A stretch of DNA of 64,000 nucleotides from a virus. This document shows, one piece after another, positions 49,109-59,592 of this stretch. Both the position numbers and the translations under genes were made by a program. The stretch is from positions 1-64,000 of the IMG/VR virus record IMGVR_UViG_3300031463_000004. One strand, 5' to 3'. Numbering within the stretch: position 1 is the stretch's first letter; every line of letters begins with the position of its first letter. The notes under the pieces were generated by a model. It was not told the DNA's origin, did no database searches, and saw only the letters and a program-made list of their open reading frames with translations.

Positions 49109-52100
49109 CTATTCATATTTCGTACAGATTCTGGGAAGCCGCTGTACTTCGAGTACCTTACACTCTCTAGGAGACGTGGCAGCAGGGGCCAAGCCCGGAT
49201 CGGAATCCCCGGCACTCGGGTTGTATATCCAGGGTTCCGAGCATCTTGGAGTGAGATAGAACCGTAGTTTGTCCCCCTCCACAGAGAAAAAGTTGACTCG
49301 ATTCCATCCTAGAGCGAAGAACTTTATCCTAGACGTAGGCGTTGTCCCGTCTGCATGAGCTCTCTTCCCAATAGATAGCTCCAGAATAGTATACCGATCA
49401 AATCCGCTAACGTAACAGCGGAAAGAGTCCCCAGCTGTGGATTCTCGAAAACCGAATTGTATTGTCTTTTCGTCAACGAATCTGAACATGTCATGCTCGT
49501 TTGTTCCGTAGTATTCCCACGCATCCGTATCGGTGATATAGACACCTGGGTCTGGGTCCCCACTCCCCCAAGACTCTTTCGGAGGTTCGTATTGTGAATA
49601 CGGGTTCTTACAGAGAGCTCCTGCGTCTAGGAGACTTGCTCCTGCTCCAGTCTTTAGACTCATCTTCGGGTCATCACCAATGAGTTGTCCTGTCTTATCC
49701 GGGTATCCATAGTTCCTGAACCCGGATATTTCGCCGTGACAGTCAGGGAGGACTCTGAGTATAAAAGAACCGTGATTGTTCACCCTGTCTAGATACCAGT
49801 TGTAGTCAGTTGTAGCTGTCTCGCGCCGTTTGATTGCCACGGAGATAACAGCGGAATCCGATGTGAACCCTTGTACCCAGACAAACATGCGGTTATAACC
49901 TGTTCCTTCTGGGCTATCGTCATCATGGAATATAGGAGCTGCTCCAGCAACTGGTACAATAAGTGGGCTCCTACACATTGTGATGAACTTAGGCAGCTCC
50001 ACAAGGCATCCTTCAGTTTGATTCGATTTGTACTGTCGGTAATAATCCTCAACATAAATTTCACTCGCGTATTTTTTCGAAAAGATGGGGCCGTCAAATA
50101 GAATCTTGCTTGATGTGATAGCGTACCCACAACGAACTGTCGGTTTGTACCGGAGGAGTTCTGGCGAAATGGACGTTTCTGCCGACTTGAATGTTTCAGA
50201 ATCAAAAGATAGAGCAGAATTTCCGTACCCAGCAGACGCACGTATCATTGTGCCTAACATATACGGAGTTGAGGACTGCAGCAGTACTTGAGACCCACCT
50301 TGTGCTGTTGCTGCAATAACCCCTCCGAACTTTGAGTTGATTTGTGTTGCGAGTTCGGTAGCCGTCACCCAATCTGTGTTGTACACGAACAACGTACCAG
50401 AAACAGAGAATGCATCCCCATCCGATGGTGTACCCGGGGAGCCCAATTCAGTTTGTCCCACATTCAAAACGGCATTCGATGCGTATACGAGTATCGCCAG
50501 TTTCTCCGTATTCGGGTCTCCAATCTGATATACCCGAATAGGAGTGGACTTCTTTGTACTCTTGATAGTTACAACCGACCCATCAGACGTAGCGGTTACG
50601 ACCCCGGCTATTTTCGAATCTGCTGTTCCATTGATTACAGTAGTGAGGTTCTGTGCAGTTATAGCCGGGTCAGCATCCCAAGTGAATACACTACCTATTG
50701 GTGCACTACCTGGCTGAACATTGGAATAGTAGTCATATCCATTTATGTTCAAATGTACATAGGCTTCTGGGCAATCCGACACAATCTGGACAGTTAGTGT
50801 CTCTGCCCCGGAACCGGAGTATTGGAAAGGGTATTGAGTGGAAAAGTTTCCAGGCTCGCTACTCGATAGATAGAGTACACCCGGCCTAAAATCCCAGTTG
50901 TTGTTGACGACGACTCCTCTGAGAGTCACCCACCCAGATTGCCCAGCCTGAATATCCGTATCCGCTATCCCAGCCACATTTGGCTTATAAGCATCATTCT
51001 CGGCTACGGCCCTGTAGAGATACCCTACTCCACTATCCTGTGGTGGGTCGTGCCCGGCCTCTCCAGGTTTGATATACACAATCTGTCCTTGCTTGATGTA
51101 TTCTCCGGCGGGGAGATAGGCTTTTACTGCACCGTCCAATATTGTGACTTGTTTGCATGATGACAGAAAAGACAGCATGCTCTGGTAGATATGCGTGTCC
51201 CTCAGATCCACAAATGTCCACTCCAGAGCATCTCCTGCGGCATCTATTGTTACCTTGCAGTTTGGTAAGTCGTGTAATAGGTCAATTCCCTCGTTGCTCA
51301 GGACGAACACTGTAGCATCTTTGTTGGACGCGGATAGGCTTAATTTATCCAGGTCGGTTATCTCAAGGCCTGTTACGGACCCGAATATACTTGTTGAGGA
51401 TTCGTAGTACCCAGTCCAGTCTTCTCCGTTGTTTCCTAGCCCAGGTTTTGTCTCTGTTACAGATGTTGCTTTTACAGTTATGTTTTCTGATATTGGAGCC
51501 CCGGATCCATCAGTACCATATACCGTGAATTGGAGTCCTTGTGTTCCCGGTTTTGTGCCTGTTACACAACATGTAATCCGAGTGGGTCTAGTTGGCTGAC
51601 TTGACGGCATCACCACATCGCCGTCACTGATGCGACGGATATCTCTAGCCTGGAACAGGATCCTCGGCTTTACATCCACCTCACCTAGCTTATTGATGAA
51701 GAATGTATATTCGGCTGGGTATTGTGCGTTCTCTGACGGAATCTTGGTATCCGCCGTAAGAACCGTAATAGGGTTCGATTCCACAAGGACCATCTCGTTC
51801 TCAAGAGGCTGAGCGACGGTCACGGAATCCGGGTTTGTACTCTTGTTCAGGTATGGTTCTGCTACATTGTAATACGCGTAAACAATTTCCAGGCTGCCAC
51901 CATCAGGTATTGGAGATGTCTCGTTTCCAACAGGGTCCAGTGCGATGTATTTCTTTCCTGCGACAATATCTGCGTTACCCAGCATATCCACGCCGTCAGA
52001 TCTTGTTGCACTCACAATGAGCTTCGGGAAGTGTGTTGTCTTCACAAAGAATGTTCCGGGTATCCCGGTATACTTCCCAGATAAGTCGTCCCTATAAACG

Positions 52101-52888
52101 TCTGCCGAGACAAATGTCTCACTATAGACGTCTCCGTAAGTATTCCCAACCGCCGATGATCTCCTTTCCACATAGGCATTCGGGTATGTATCCAGGAGTA
52201 GGTTGTAGTCTGTTATCTTCTTTCTTGCGTACTCGTCACGGCCTGAGAACACTGGCCTGTTATACGGATAGACAGACTGAGTCAAGTCGACGACTGCATC
52301 CGATACACTCACTGAGGATTTCGGTGTGACAACCCCAATGAGAACAGCCCTGTCTGAGTGTTTCCAGAAGAATTGTGGGACACTGGAAATAGTTGCTGTC
52401 GCCGGGGACACAAAAACCTTGAATGATTGTATGTATTCTGTGGCCTCAACCGTATCATCCGCAGTTACGGCTGGACGTGACGTCTCTGGCCAATAGATGA
52501 GCCAGATCAGATTCGGGCCTGTTGGGTCTCCGAGAAGTAACGAGTTTCCTGTATCTGGGTCAATAAAATGTGGATCCGATGCCAGATCAGGGTTCTCTGG
52601 AGTTTGGAGCCAGAATGAGAATCCAGTTGGTCCCCCCTGTGGGCTTATGATCTCAATTGGTTCCATGGACTTCGGGAAGCACTTACCGTCTGTGATATAG
52701 AGTTCCAGTGCGTCTGCGCCGTTCCTTGGGAGTATTAGGAGACTATTCTCAGGGTCTACGATCCCATAATCCGCTATATTACTGAATCTCTCGGTCAGAC
52801 TAGACTTCCAGGCGAGGGATTCCCTCGACAGGTCTGACCCGTGAACTGCCATTCCATCAACCCAGCGTGTACCTCTCAGCTCTGACAT
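49109..52888 (-). CDS. Large tail/baseplate structural protein
   Basis: Paralog of previous gene with C-terminal extension; position. Confidence 0.7.
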   Translation of the reverse strand: MSELRGTRWVDGMAVHGSDLSRESLAWKSSLTERFSNIADYGIVDPENSLLILPRNGADALELYITDGKCFPKSMEPIEIISPQGGPTGFSFWLQTPENPDLASDPHFIDPDTGNSLLLGDPTGPNLIWLIYWPETSRPAVTADDTVEATEYIQSFKVFVSPATATISSVPQFFWKHSDRAVLIGVVTPKSSVSVSDAVVDLTQSVYPYNRPVFSGRDEYARKKITDYNLLLDTYPNAYVERRSSAVGNTYGDVYSETFVSADVYRDDLSGKYTGIPGTFFVKTTHFPKLIVSATRSDGVDMLGNADIVAGKKYIALDPVGNETSPIPDGGSLEIVYAYYNVAEPYLNKSTNPDSVTVAQPLENEMVLVESNPITVLTADTKIPSENAQYPAEYTFFINKLGEVDVKPRILFQARDIRRISDGDVVMPSSQPTRPTRITCCVTGTKPGTQGLQFTVYGTDGSGAPISENITVKATSVTETKPGLGNNGEDWTGYYESSTSIFGSVTGLEITDLDKLSLSASNKDATVFVLSNEGIDLLHDLPNCKVTIDAAGDALEWTFVDLRDTHIYQSMLSFLSSCKQVTILDGAVKAYLPAGEYIKQGQIVYIKPGEAGHDPPQDSGVGYLYRAVAENDAYKPNVAGIADTDIQAGQSGWVTLRGVVVNNNWDFRPGVLYLSSSEPGNFSTQYPFQYSGSGAETLTVQIVSDCPEAYVHLNINGYDYYSNVQPGSAPIGSVFTWDADPAITAQNLTTVINGTADSKIAGVVTATSDGSVVTIKSTKKSTPIRVYQIGDPNTEKLAILVYASNAVLNVGQTELGSPGTPSDGDAFSVSGTLFVYNTDWVTATELATQINSKFGGVIAATAQGGSQVLLQSSTPYMLGTMIRASAGYGNSALSFDSETFKSAETSISPELLRYKPTVRCGYAITSSKILFDGPIFSKKYASEIYVEDYYRQYKSNQTEGCLVELPKFITMCRSPLIVPVAGAAPIFHDDDSPEGTGYNRMFVWVQGFTSDSAVISVAIKRRETATTDYNWYLDRVNNHGSFILRVLPDCHGEISGFRNYGYPDKTGQLIGDDPKMSLKTGAGASLLDAGALCKNPYSQYEPPKESWGSGDPDPGVYITDTDAWEYYGTNEHDMFRFVDEKTIQFGFRESTAGDSFRCYVSGFDRYTILELSIGKRAHADGTTPTSRIKFFALGWNRVNFFSVEGDKLRFYLTPRCSEPWIYNPSAGDSDPGLAPAATSPRECKVLEVQRLPRICTKYE

Positions 52889-52903
52889 TCCTGACTCCAA
52901 TCA

Positions 52904-55828
52904 TTAGCTACCAGACCCAGGATTCAACACATTCCTGAAGTGTCTGGTGTGGAAAGTATGTACTCCTATCCTGGAGAGAACATAATCTTCACGTCGTCTT
53001 GTTCCAGTGGCTACTATCTTTATCTTGGCATATCTGTACACTGTACCAGGGAAGAGTCCGAAAACGTCCAACGTCCCTGATACGGTACTTCTGAACCTGA
53101 CAATTCGTATGTTCTTCCTTACTGATTCTGGGATGGAGGAGATATCAACAGTAATCTTGGTCCAACTTGCACCTGGCTTTGCAAAAGCGAACTTATAACC
53201 AAGATCCGAAGCGGTTGTGTTCAATGGGACGATCGAGGACAAGTCAATGTAACACGTACCAGAGGTACCTGATCCCTTCGCGTAGAACGTGATGGAAGTA
53301 CCAGGGTTGAACGATCTCGGGAACCTCTTCTCCACTCCGATTGTTGTGGACGCGGAGCCCCCAGAGATGCGCATACACCCAACATTAAGCTCCCCTGCCG
53401 GTTGGTCATTCAGGTATGATATTGTGTACGTTCCAGAGGCCCCGTAACTCAGCCCCCAAGGAATGTATGTAGACGTTTTGGATGGGTCACACATCGGGTC
53501 TATGGATGCCGGGCGAAGTAAGTAGGGATATGGTGATTCAGTCCAGCTCGTCCATCCAGAATTCAGGCTGTCAGATTGACTGATGTATACCTTTCTCTCT
53601 GTAGGCCCAAACTGGCTGTCGAATAGATCTAGGTACACCCCAGCATTTATAGGGACTGGCAGACCAATACTAGCTGGATACATCATATCTAGTGGGGTGG
53701 AGAGTTCTAATGTGGGGGTAGCGATTGTATCTGGTATGTAGACGTACTCCCCCCTGTAATGTTTCTCCAATGTCCCCGGCTCAAACGTAACGATATCCCC
53801 AATGTATGGAACTGCTGTGACTTGTGTGATAGTGACAGTATCACGACCGCACGAAATTATGTCCCCTACACTGAAGACGCCAGATTCCACATACCAAGAC
53901 GTTGCTCCGCAATCCGAATCAACGAGTAGATGTGAGCATTTATCCCGTGCCCACACACCATCCACATTTTTCATCATTGTGGCTGTGTAGGATAGGTCAG
54001 TCGCAGACATTACTTGTAGGTCAGATGCGTAAAGGACAGAATACTGTGGTCGTTTTTCGATGTGTGCCACAGCGGGGTATTGCACAGACCTAGCCCTATC
54101 TGTTGCTTCTTGGGCCTCCATATCTGGGCGTCTCTTTGCTGTGATTGTGTATTCTGTACTTGACCCAGGCTGATTAGAGCCTATAACCACTACATCTGGA
54201 TCAATGAAAGTTGTGGAGATAGGCGTTCCAGAAACGGAGACAGATAGGATACTCTGGCACGGAACTGGAAGTCTGAAATACCACGCGCCGGCCACCTTGG
54301 TTATGTCTCCAGCAAGATCTTGTTCAGCCTCTGTCCCATGCATGACTATGCTATACGTGTACGAATCCAGCTCCCAGTACTCGTTGACACGTATATACGT
54401 CTCCTGTTGGCCGAATGGGAGGGAGTCATTATATAACGTCACAGTTCCATACGAACTCTGTACTTGGTCCGACTTATCCTGGGCCAAGAAGAGTGACCCA
54501 TAATCTGAGACTGCACCAGTTGCAACTGTAGTTACCGTAATTGTATCGCCTGGACTAACACTCCACATACGGGTTGGAAGTATTCGGATCGGGCACAGAT
54601 CAGGATACGGGCCAGACTTATACACACACTTCCTGGAGTACGTGTCAGGATTCTTGGAAGTCCCAATGATAAGAACCCTCCCATAATTACCTACATATGC
54701 TGCTGTCAGATTGTGAACCGGAGAAATTGTTCTATTCCAGGCTGATACGAAGTTTGCTACTGTTGTTGCGAGATTGGCTGTATATTGCCAGTACTGGCTC
54801 GTATTACTTGTAGAACTCGCTATAATCTCCGTATCATTCACTGTCTCCGTTGTCGGTGTTTCTGGCCACGCCAATGAATCCTGGACGTAATTGGCTACAA
54901 CAATAGAATCTCCGTCTGTGAATTGGGTCGAGAGAAGATCAATCTCAAATATTGGCGCGGCTCCAGGGTATGTCTCTCCGGTAGAGGTCACAGTGATGGT
55001 CTTACCAACTACTGATATACTCGCATTGGAAATGACATTCCTAAACGTATCAGATATGACGGTATAAGAAACTGGAGTATTTGCTGCCGCCCCGGATACT
55101 CCTATTGTCGCCGAAAGATTAATGGCCTCTCGGTAATCCGTCCCACCAAGATACCACCCATCTGGATTCTCTAGGAGAGGGAGAGACCCGAACCACGCCT
55201 TCAGATAGTCCAGAATGGCCTTTCTGGTTGTGTGATTCGCGTAGAGAGCTTGGAGAGCGCCACGGGTTATGGCTCTTGCTGACTCAATTGTCTCCCAGTC
55301 TACTTGTGGCGTTCGAGTCAGCGGCAGGTAGTCCCTAAGAATCTCTTGGAGTCGTACCTTATTCTGTGACAGCCATGGGTGTAGCAGAACATCTATCTCC
55401 CCGATGGAACTAAGAACGACGGCATAGAACCCCCACAATAAGATGGCCCAATTCGCAGTAAGAAAATCAAGTCTTACTGTTGCTACGATTTCGTGCAGGC
55501 TATTGTACCCAACTGCCGTGAGTTTTATCATACCAGGACTGCATCTAGGCAGGTAGAACTCATACGTTCCAGACACTGGGGTAACTGTTGCTATTCTGTT
55601 TGTCCTGTCTACTGGTGAACCATACCACTCTCCAAGGTACACATCAATCAAAGTGATATCTGTGGAGCAAGCACCGGTTATCTGAGTTGGTCTGGTTATT
55701 GGGGGGAATGTGTACTTATCTTTATAGTAGAAATTACCATCGTGGACGGCAGCAGTGAGTGTCCCCCACAATGGGAGTATGGGGACCCCAGATATGGATT
55801 TTGGTGGATACATCTCCAAATACGACAT
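52904..55828 (-). CDS. Baseplate wedge-associated structural protein
   Basis: Follows baseplate J; beta-rich. Confidence 0.6.
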   Translation of the reverse strand: MSYLEMYPPKSISGVPILPLWGTLTAAVHDGNFYYKDKYTFPPITRPTQITGACSTDITLIDVYLGEWYGSPVDRTNRIATVTPVSGTYEFYLPRCSPGMIKLTAVGYNSLHEIVATVRLDFLTANWAILLWGFYAVVLSSIGEIDVLLHPWLSQNKVRLQEILRDYLPLTRTPQVDWETIESARAITRGALQALYANHTTRKAILDYLKAWFGSLPLLENPDGWYLGGTDYREAINLSATIGVSGAAANTPVSYTVISDTFRNVISNASISVVGKTITVTSTGETYPGAAPIFEIDLLSTQFTDGDSIVVANYVQDSLAWPETPTTETVNDTEIIASSTSNTSQYWQYTANLATTVANFVSAWNRTISPVHNLTAAYVGNYGRVLIIGTSKNPDTYSRKCVYKSGPYPDLCPIRILPTRMWSVSPGDTITVTTVATGAVSDYGSLFLAQDKSDQVQSSYGTVTLYNDSLPFGQQETYIRVNEYWELDSYTYSIVMHGTEAEQDLAGDITKVAGAWYFRLPVPCQSILSVSVSGTPISTTFIDPDVVVIGSNQPGSSTEYTITAKRRPDMEAQEATDRARSVQYPAVAHIEKRPQYSVLYASDLQVMSATDLSYTATMMKNVDGVWARDKCSHLLVDSDCGATSWYVESGVFSVGDIISCGRDTVTITQVTAVPYIGDIVTFEPGTLEKHYRGEYVYIPDTIATPTLELSTPLDMMYPASIGLPVPINAGVYLDLFDSQFGPTERKVYISQSDSLNSGWTSWTESPYPYLLRPASIDPMCDPSKTSTYIPWGLSYGASGTYTISYLNDQPAGELNVGCMRISGGSASTTIGVEKRFPRSFNPGTSITFYAKGSGTSGTCYIDLSSIVPLNTTASDLGYKFAFAKPGASWTKITVDISSIPESVRKNIRIVRFRSTVSGTLDVFGLFPGTVYRYAKIKIVATGTRRREDYVLSRIGVHTFHTRHFRNVLNPGSGS

Positions 55829-55831
55829 TCA

Positions 55832-57241
55832 CTAGCTCCAAACAATGGTGCTTGTATCAATGTATGTATATTCGTTCCGGCCCACAGATATGCTCTCTAC
55901 GACGTCTGGTGATGGGCCATCCGAGAATCTCGTGAAAACGAGTGTCGAAATCCCACTTACATTGTTGAGGAGGTCCAATCGGATATCCGATGGTGATAGG
56001 AGAGTCACACCATCTCCGAATTTGTACGTATTCAGAACAGTTGACAGTCTGGATGTTATATCCGTCCGTAATTGTTGGATTGAGTATCCAGTTAGGGCTG
56101 TAACTGAGATGGACACGTATACGTATTTTCTCTTCCCGGAGAATACTACAGTGTCCACTCCGGCGATTTTATTCTCGTCCTTCAGGAAATATTCCTGAAG
56201 TGCAGAGACACTACTGTCGTATGTGTATACCACGGTGAGTGGTGTGGCATTCGTAATGGTGGACCCAACTGGTATGGTCAGAATATCAGATGCGTATATG
56301 GACCCAGAGAGGTTGGAGGTATCCGCTGTGAGCGCATAGTCTGTACCACTTGTATAACGTGCTCCAGTACTCGTATTGTAGACCCCAACTAGGGCTACCA
56401 CTGGCTGCTTCAGGAAAACATGAGGAGCCCCAGTAGCCATATACGTGAACGAGTCTGATGCTTGTACTGGGATGCCCCCAGTCACATAGATATCTCTAGG
56501 GACTGCACTTGGAACGCGGAGTATCTCTGGATCAGACCCAGAGAATACCGCAACATCAACTATCTCGGGTCTCTCTTTCCGTACCTCTCTGGATGTTCCA
56601 GCTTCGCTAGACCTATCAGTCCCAGACAGTACTTCCACCAATACGGATGCGAACTCTGTATTCGTCTGTATATCCCTTCCTCCAGATATTGCGGATGCGT
56701 TGTATACACTATCAATCCCACTGATGTTGTTCCCAAGAGACTTTATCTTCCCTACTCCAACATTATATGAGGCCCCTGGTTTCGTCGCTATGACACTAGA
56801 TTCGATACTCCACCTGTTTCTTGATGGGTCGTAATACGATGGAGCAAGAGACTTGTACATTGTCACGGGGGACTCTGTCACATAGGCGAGTTGGGTATTC
56901 GGAACTCCAACGACAGTTCCAGCCGGGATTAAGATATCAGCGTTTGGTGGTGATGTCCTTTCGAACCGAACCACTCCACGAGCATAAGCCCCTAAACCTC
57001 TTTCTACACCGAATGTAGCCCCGAACTCATCCAGATCCGCTGGATCGAGCTCTGCCGCATTCCCCAATGACCTGAGCTTCGATGCGTATGCAATCAGTGA
57101 TTCCAGGAAGGCCAATTGGGTAGCCTGCGGAGTGACCGCCAAGTCCAGAATCGGGCCACTAGAGGCGTCAGCCACAGCATCAAGATTGGTGATGGCCTGG
57201 ACCATCTGCCGTGTGATTTCCTCTTCACTCCTACTTCTCAT
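55832..57241 (-). CDS. Baseplate J-like wedge protein
   Basis: LDEFGATFGVER..ARGVVRF..IPAGT..G.SYNV..SGGRD. Confidence 0.9.
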   Translation of the reverse strand: MRSRSEEEITRQMVQAITNLDAVADASSGPILDLAVTPQATQLAFLESLIAYASKLRSLGNAAELDPADLDEFGATFGVERGLGAYARGVVRFERTSPPNADILIPAGTVVGVPNTQLAYVTESPVTMYKSLAPSYYDPSRNRWSIESSVIATKPGASYNVGVGKIKSLGNNISGIDSVYNASAISGGRDIQTNTEFASVLVEVLSGTDRSSEAGTSREVRKERPEIVDVAVFSGSDPEILRVPSAVPRDIYVTGGIPVQASDSFTYMATGAPHVFLKQPVVALVGVYNTSTGARYTSGTDYALTADTSNLSGSIYASDILTIPVGSTITNATPLTVVYTYDSSVSALQEYFLKDENKIAGVDTVVFSGKRKYVYVSISVTALTGYSIQQLRTDITSRLSTVLNTYKFGDGVTLLSPSDIRLDLLNNVSGISTLVFTRFSDGPSPDVVESISVGRNEYTYIDTSTIVWS

Positions 57242-57248
57242 ATCAGCC

Positions 57249-57668
57249 TCACGCCTTCAACGTAACAGGACGTCGAAGAATACACAATTTCACAGGCTTA
57301 GGTCCTTTTCCATTCCGGATGGTCAAGACAAAAGCATAATCAGTCCTTGAAGAGCCCCTAACTCGCTCTGCCGACACTCCATATACCGCATACAGAGTTT
57401 CCTCCGGGCTCAGATAGGGCTGCTTGGCCTGGAGGGCCTGGTATTTCTCTAGAGCAGACACAACTCTGAACACAATCTCAGCGGGTATGGACTCACCAAT
57501 TTCACCAATCATATCCGAGAGTCCTGCACCATACCCGTTCTTCTTCCTCCCCACAAGAAGACATTCAATGATGTCCTGACGGAGCTTCTGTTCCCCAGTG
57601 ACCATAACAGGGGCACCCGATTCGTCGAAACTAATATCTCCTGCCGTCACTTTGAACGTCTTCACCAT
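57249..57668 (-). CDS. Baseplate wedge/sheath initiator (gp25/GPW-like)
   Basis: GDISF..V.G..KL.Q..YGAGL; size and position. Confidence 0.7.
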   Translation of the reverse strand: MVKTFKVTAGDISFDESGAPVMVTGEQKLRQDIIECLLVGRKKNGYGAGLSDMIGEIGESIPAEIVFRVVSALEKYQALQAKQPYLSPEETLYAVYGVSAERVRGSSRTDYAFVLTIRNGKGPKPVKLCILRRPVTLKA

Positions 57669-57719
57669 ACTCCTCCGCCATCAACAGTCTGCCTACACAT
57701 AGATCCCCGAAGTATAGTC

Positions 57720-59591
57720 TCAAGCATCTTTATCTATCTGGATATTCTGTGGTGAGGCTATTGTCTTCGAAGACTTGTCACACAATGTAGAAGTAGGTAC
57801 AACTCTGGAGATGTGGATGTGATTCTTGTGGTAGGCGTCTGTCCCATATGAAGGCCCCTTACATTCTCTGGACCCTAGACTGATGGCCGTACTTTGTAAC
57901 GTTTTCACCGGGTATGAGTCGCCCAGACTCGTGATAGATGTACCATTGATCGCAGCAATGTCCACGGCTCCACCCTTATAGTGCCAGCTCGTCCTAGCGT
58001 GGACACCTTCAGTGGTAGATGATATTGTCAGTGTTCTTATTGGAAGTACCTTCGAAACCTGCTGCACCAATAGCTCAAACCACTGCTTAAACTGAGGATG
58101 TACAGGATTATTGGCCCCTGGGTGGAACAACAAGTGTACAGTCGTCCCTGGGGCCACTTGGACATCCTCTAGATACTCCCAGCCACATGCAGATCGGTCT
58201 GTCACCCTTGATGCTGTTCTGCTGTCCGTGCTCGTATATGGGTGAACAGGGGACGCCCCAAACATAGTGAGACTGTTTACCCAGGTGTCTAATCTACCCT
58301 TTGTGTCTGTTGTGTCCATGTGCTCCGCTTCCAATTCTCTGAGCTCATATCGAATCGATTTGACCTTGTAATCCAATACGCGCCACGACTCGAACTGCCT
58401 TGCATGGTCCTTCTGCAGATCCTCCAGCAGCCTTGTCAATTCTGTTTCTTCGTCTTTGGTCTTTGGAACCTTTGACAAGATACTGCTCAACTGATTCAAC
58501 TCCTCGTCAATCTCACGGAATTCACGTTCATACTTCGCTAGTTGCAGATTCAGTACCCTCTTTCTCCAGAGGATACTTTCCTCTTTATCCTCATACAGGA
58601 TGGACTGTTTCGTTATCCCATCCTGGAGTACACCAAGATTCAGAGAACCCATTTCAGACAGTGTGGATTCCGCAGTCTTAGAGATCGGAGCAGTATCTGT
58701 ACCATTTCCAGTAGGAACAGATACTGGTGTCCCAGGAAGCTCCAACGGCCCACCCGGGTATTGTGTGTCTGTGATTCCAGTATAGTTCAGACTATTTAAC
58801 GCATCCAGTACATTCGTACCGGAAGCTACACTCCTCACTACCGAAGCTCCAGACGCGAGGACGAGGGCTCCATCCGTCCCAGCTGTGCTCGTTGGTATCA
58901 TTGAAGATACCTTTGAGGCGGCGGAGAACACATCTGCCGCACTCTTATTCTGTGCCACGAGTCCAAGGACATAATAGGTCTGTGTCAGGCTATTGGCCGT
59001 ATATACAGCCTGTTGGAATTGTGTGTACGCACTCGGTAACGGGATAACACCTGAGACCCCCGGTAAGGAGGATAGCTTTGGAAGCCCCAGGTTTTTTGCG
59101 ACCTCGGAGTTTATCCTAGAGAAGAGATAATTATCCACGATACCAAGGTCACTCAGAACCTGAGACACCCCGAGTGCCGAATAAATCTGCGAGAAAGATA
59201 ATGCTTCTTGAACTTGCTGAATTATAGAGTTCTGTATATTCTGTAGCGCCTCAACGTTCTTCGCGATGCAATCGAGCGCATCCGTTACTGTGGATAGTTT
59301 GTCGCTGACCTTCTCCACATCCACGAACCCATCCATCCCAGCATACCGCATGAGATTCGTGAGTGCAGTTAGTTTTGTCAGGTCCCCCAGATTCTTGATA
59401 TTGAGAAGGCTCTTTACAAGAGCCATATTTGCAGGGTTCGCCAGCCATAGCACCACTCTGAGTACTCTCAAACTCTTCCAGTCTTTCGCCTTTCCTATCT
59501 GGACCTGAGGTAGTTTTGATGTGACTTCCCGGATGTTCGGGAGTCCATCCAAGAGTCTCGGTACTATATCTGTTCCTGTCTTACATGCCAT
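57720..59591 (-). CDS. Virion protein with coiled coil and C-terminal M15-like zinc peptidase
   Basis: SWHYKGGAVDI (H-x6-D) and HIH. Confidence 0.65.
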   Translation of the reverse strand: MACKTGTDIVPRLLDGLPNIREVTSKLPQVQIGKAKDWKSLRVLRVVLWLANPANMALVKSLLNIKNLGDLTKLTALTNLMRYAGMDGFVDVEKVSDKLSTVTDALDCIAKNVEALQNIQNSIIQQVQEALSFSQIYSALGVSQVLSDLGIVDNYLFSRINSEVAKNLGLPKLSSLPGVSGVIPLPSAYTQFQQAVYTANSLTQTYYVLGLVAQNKSAADVFSAASKVSSMIPTSTAGTDGALVLASGASVVRSVASGTNVLDALNSLNYTGITDTQYPGGPLELPGTPVSVPTGNGTDTAPISKTAESTLSEMGSLNLGVLQDGITKQSILYEDKEESILWRKRVLNLQLAKYEREFREIDEELNQLSSILSKVPKTKDEETELTRLLEDLQKDHARQFESWRVLDYKVKSIRYELRELEAEHMDTTDTKGRLDTWVNSLTMFGASPVHPYTSTDSRTASRVTDRSACGWEYLEDVQVAPGTTVHLLFHPGANNPVHPQFKQWFELLVQQVSKVLPIRTLTISSTTEGVHARTSWHYKGGAVDIAAINGTSITSLGDSYPVKTLQSTAISLGSRECKGPSYGTDAYHKNHIHISRVVPTSTLCDKSSKTIASPQNIQIDKDA

Positions 59592-59592
59592 C

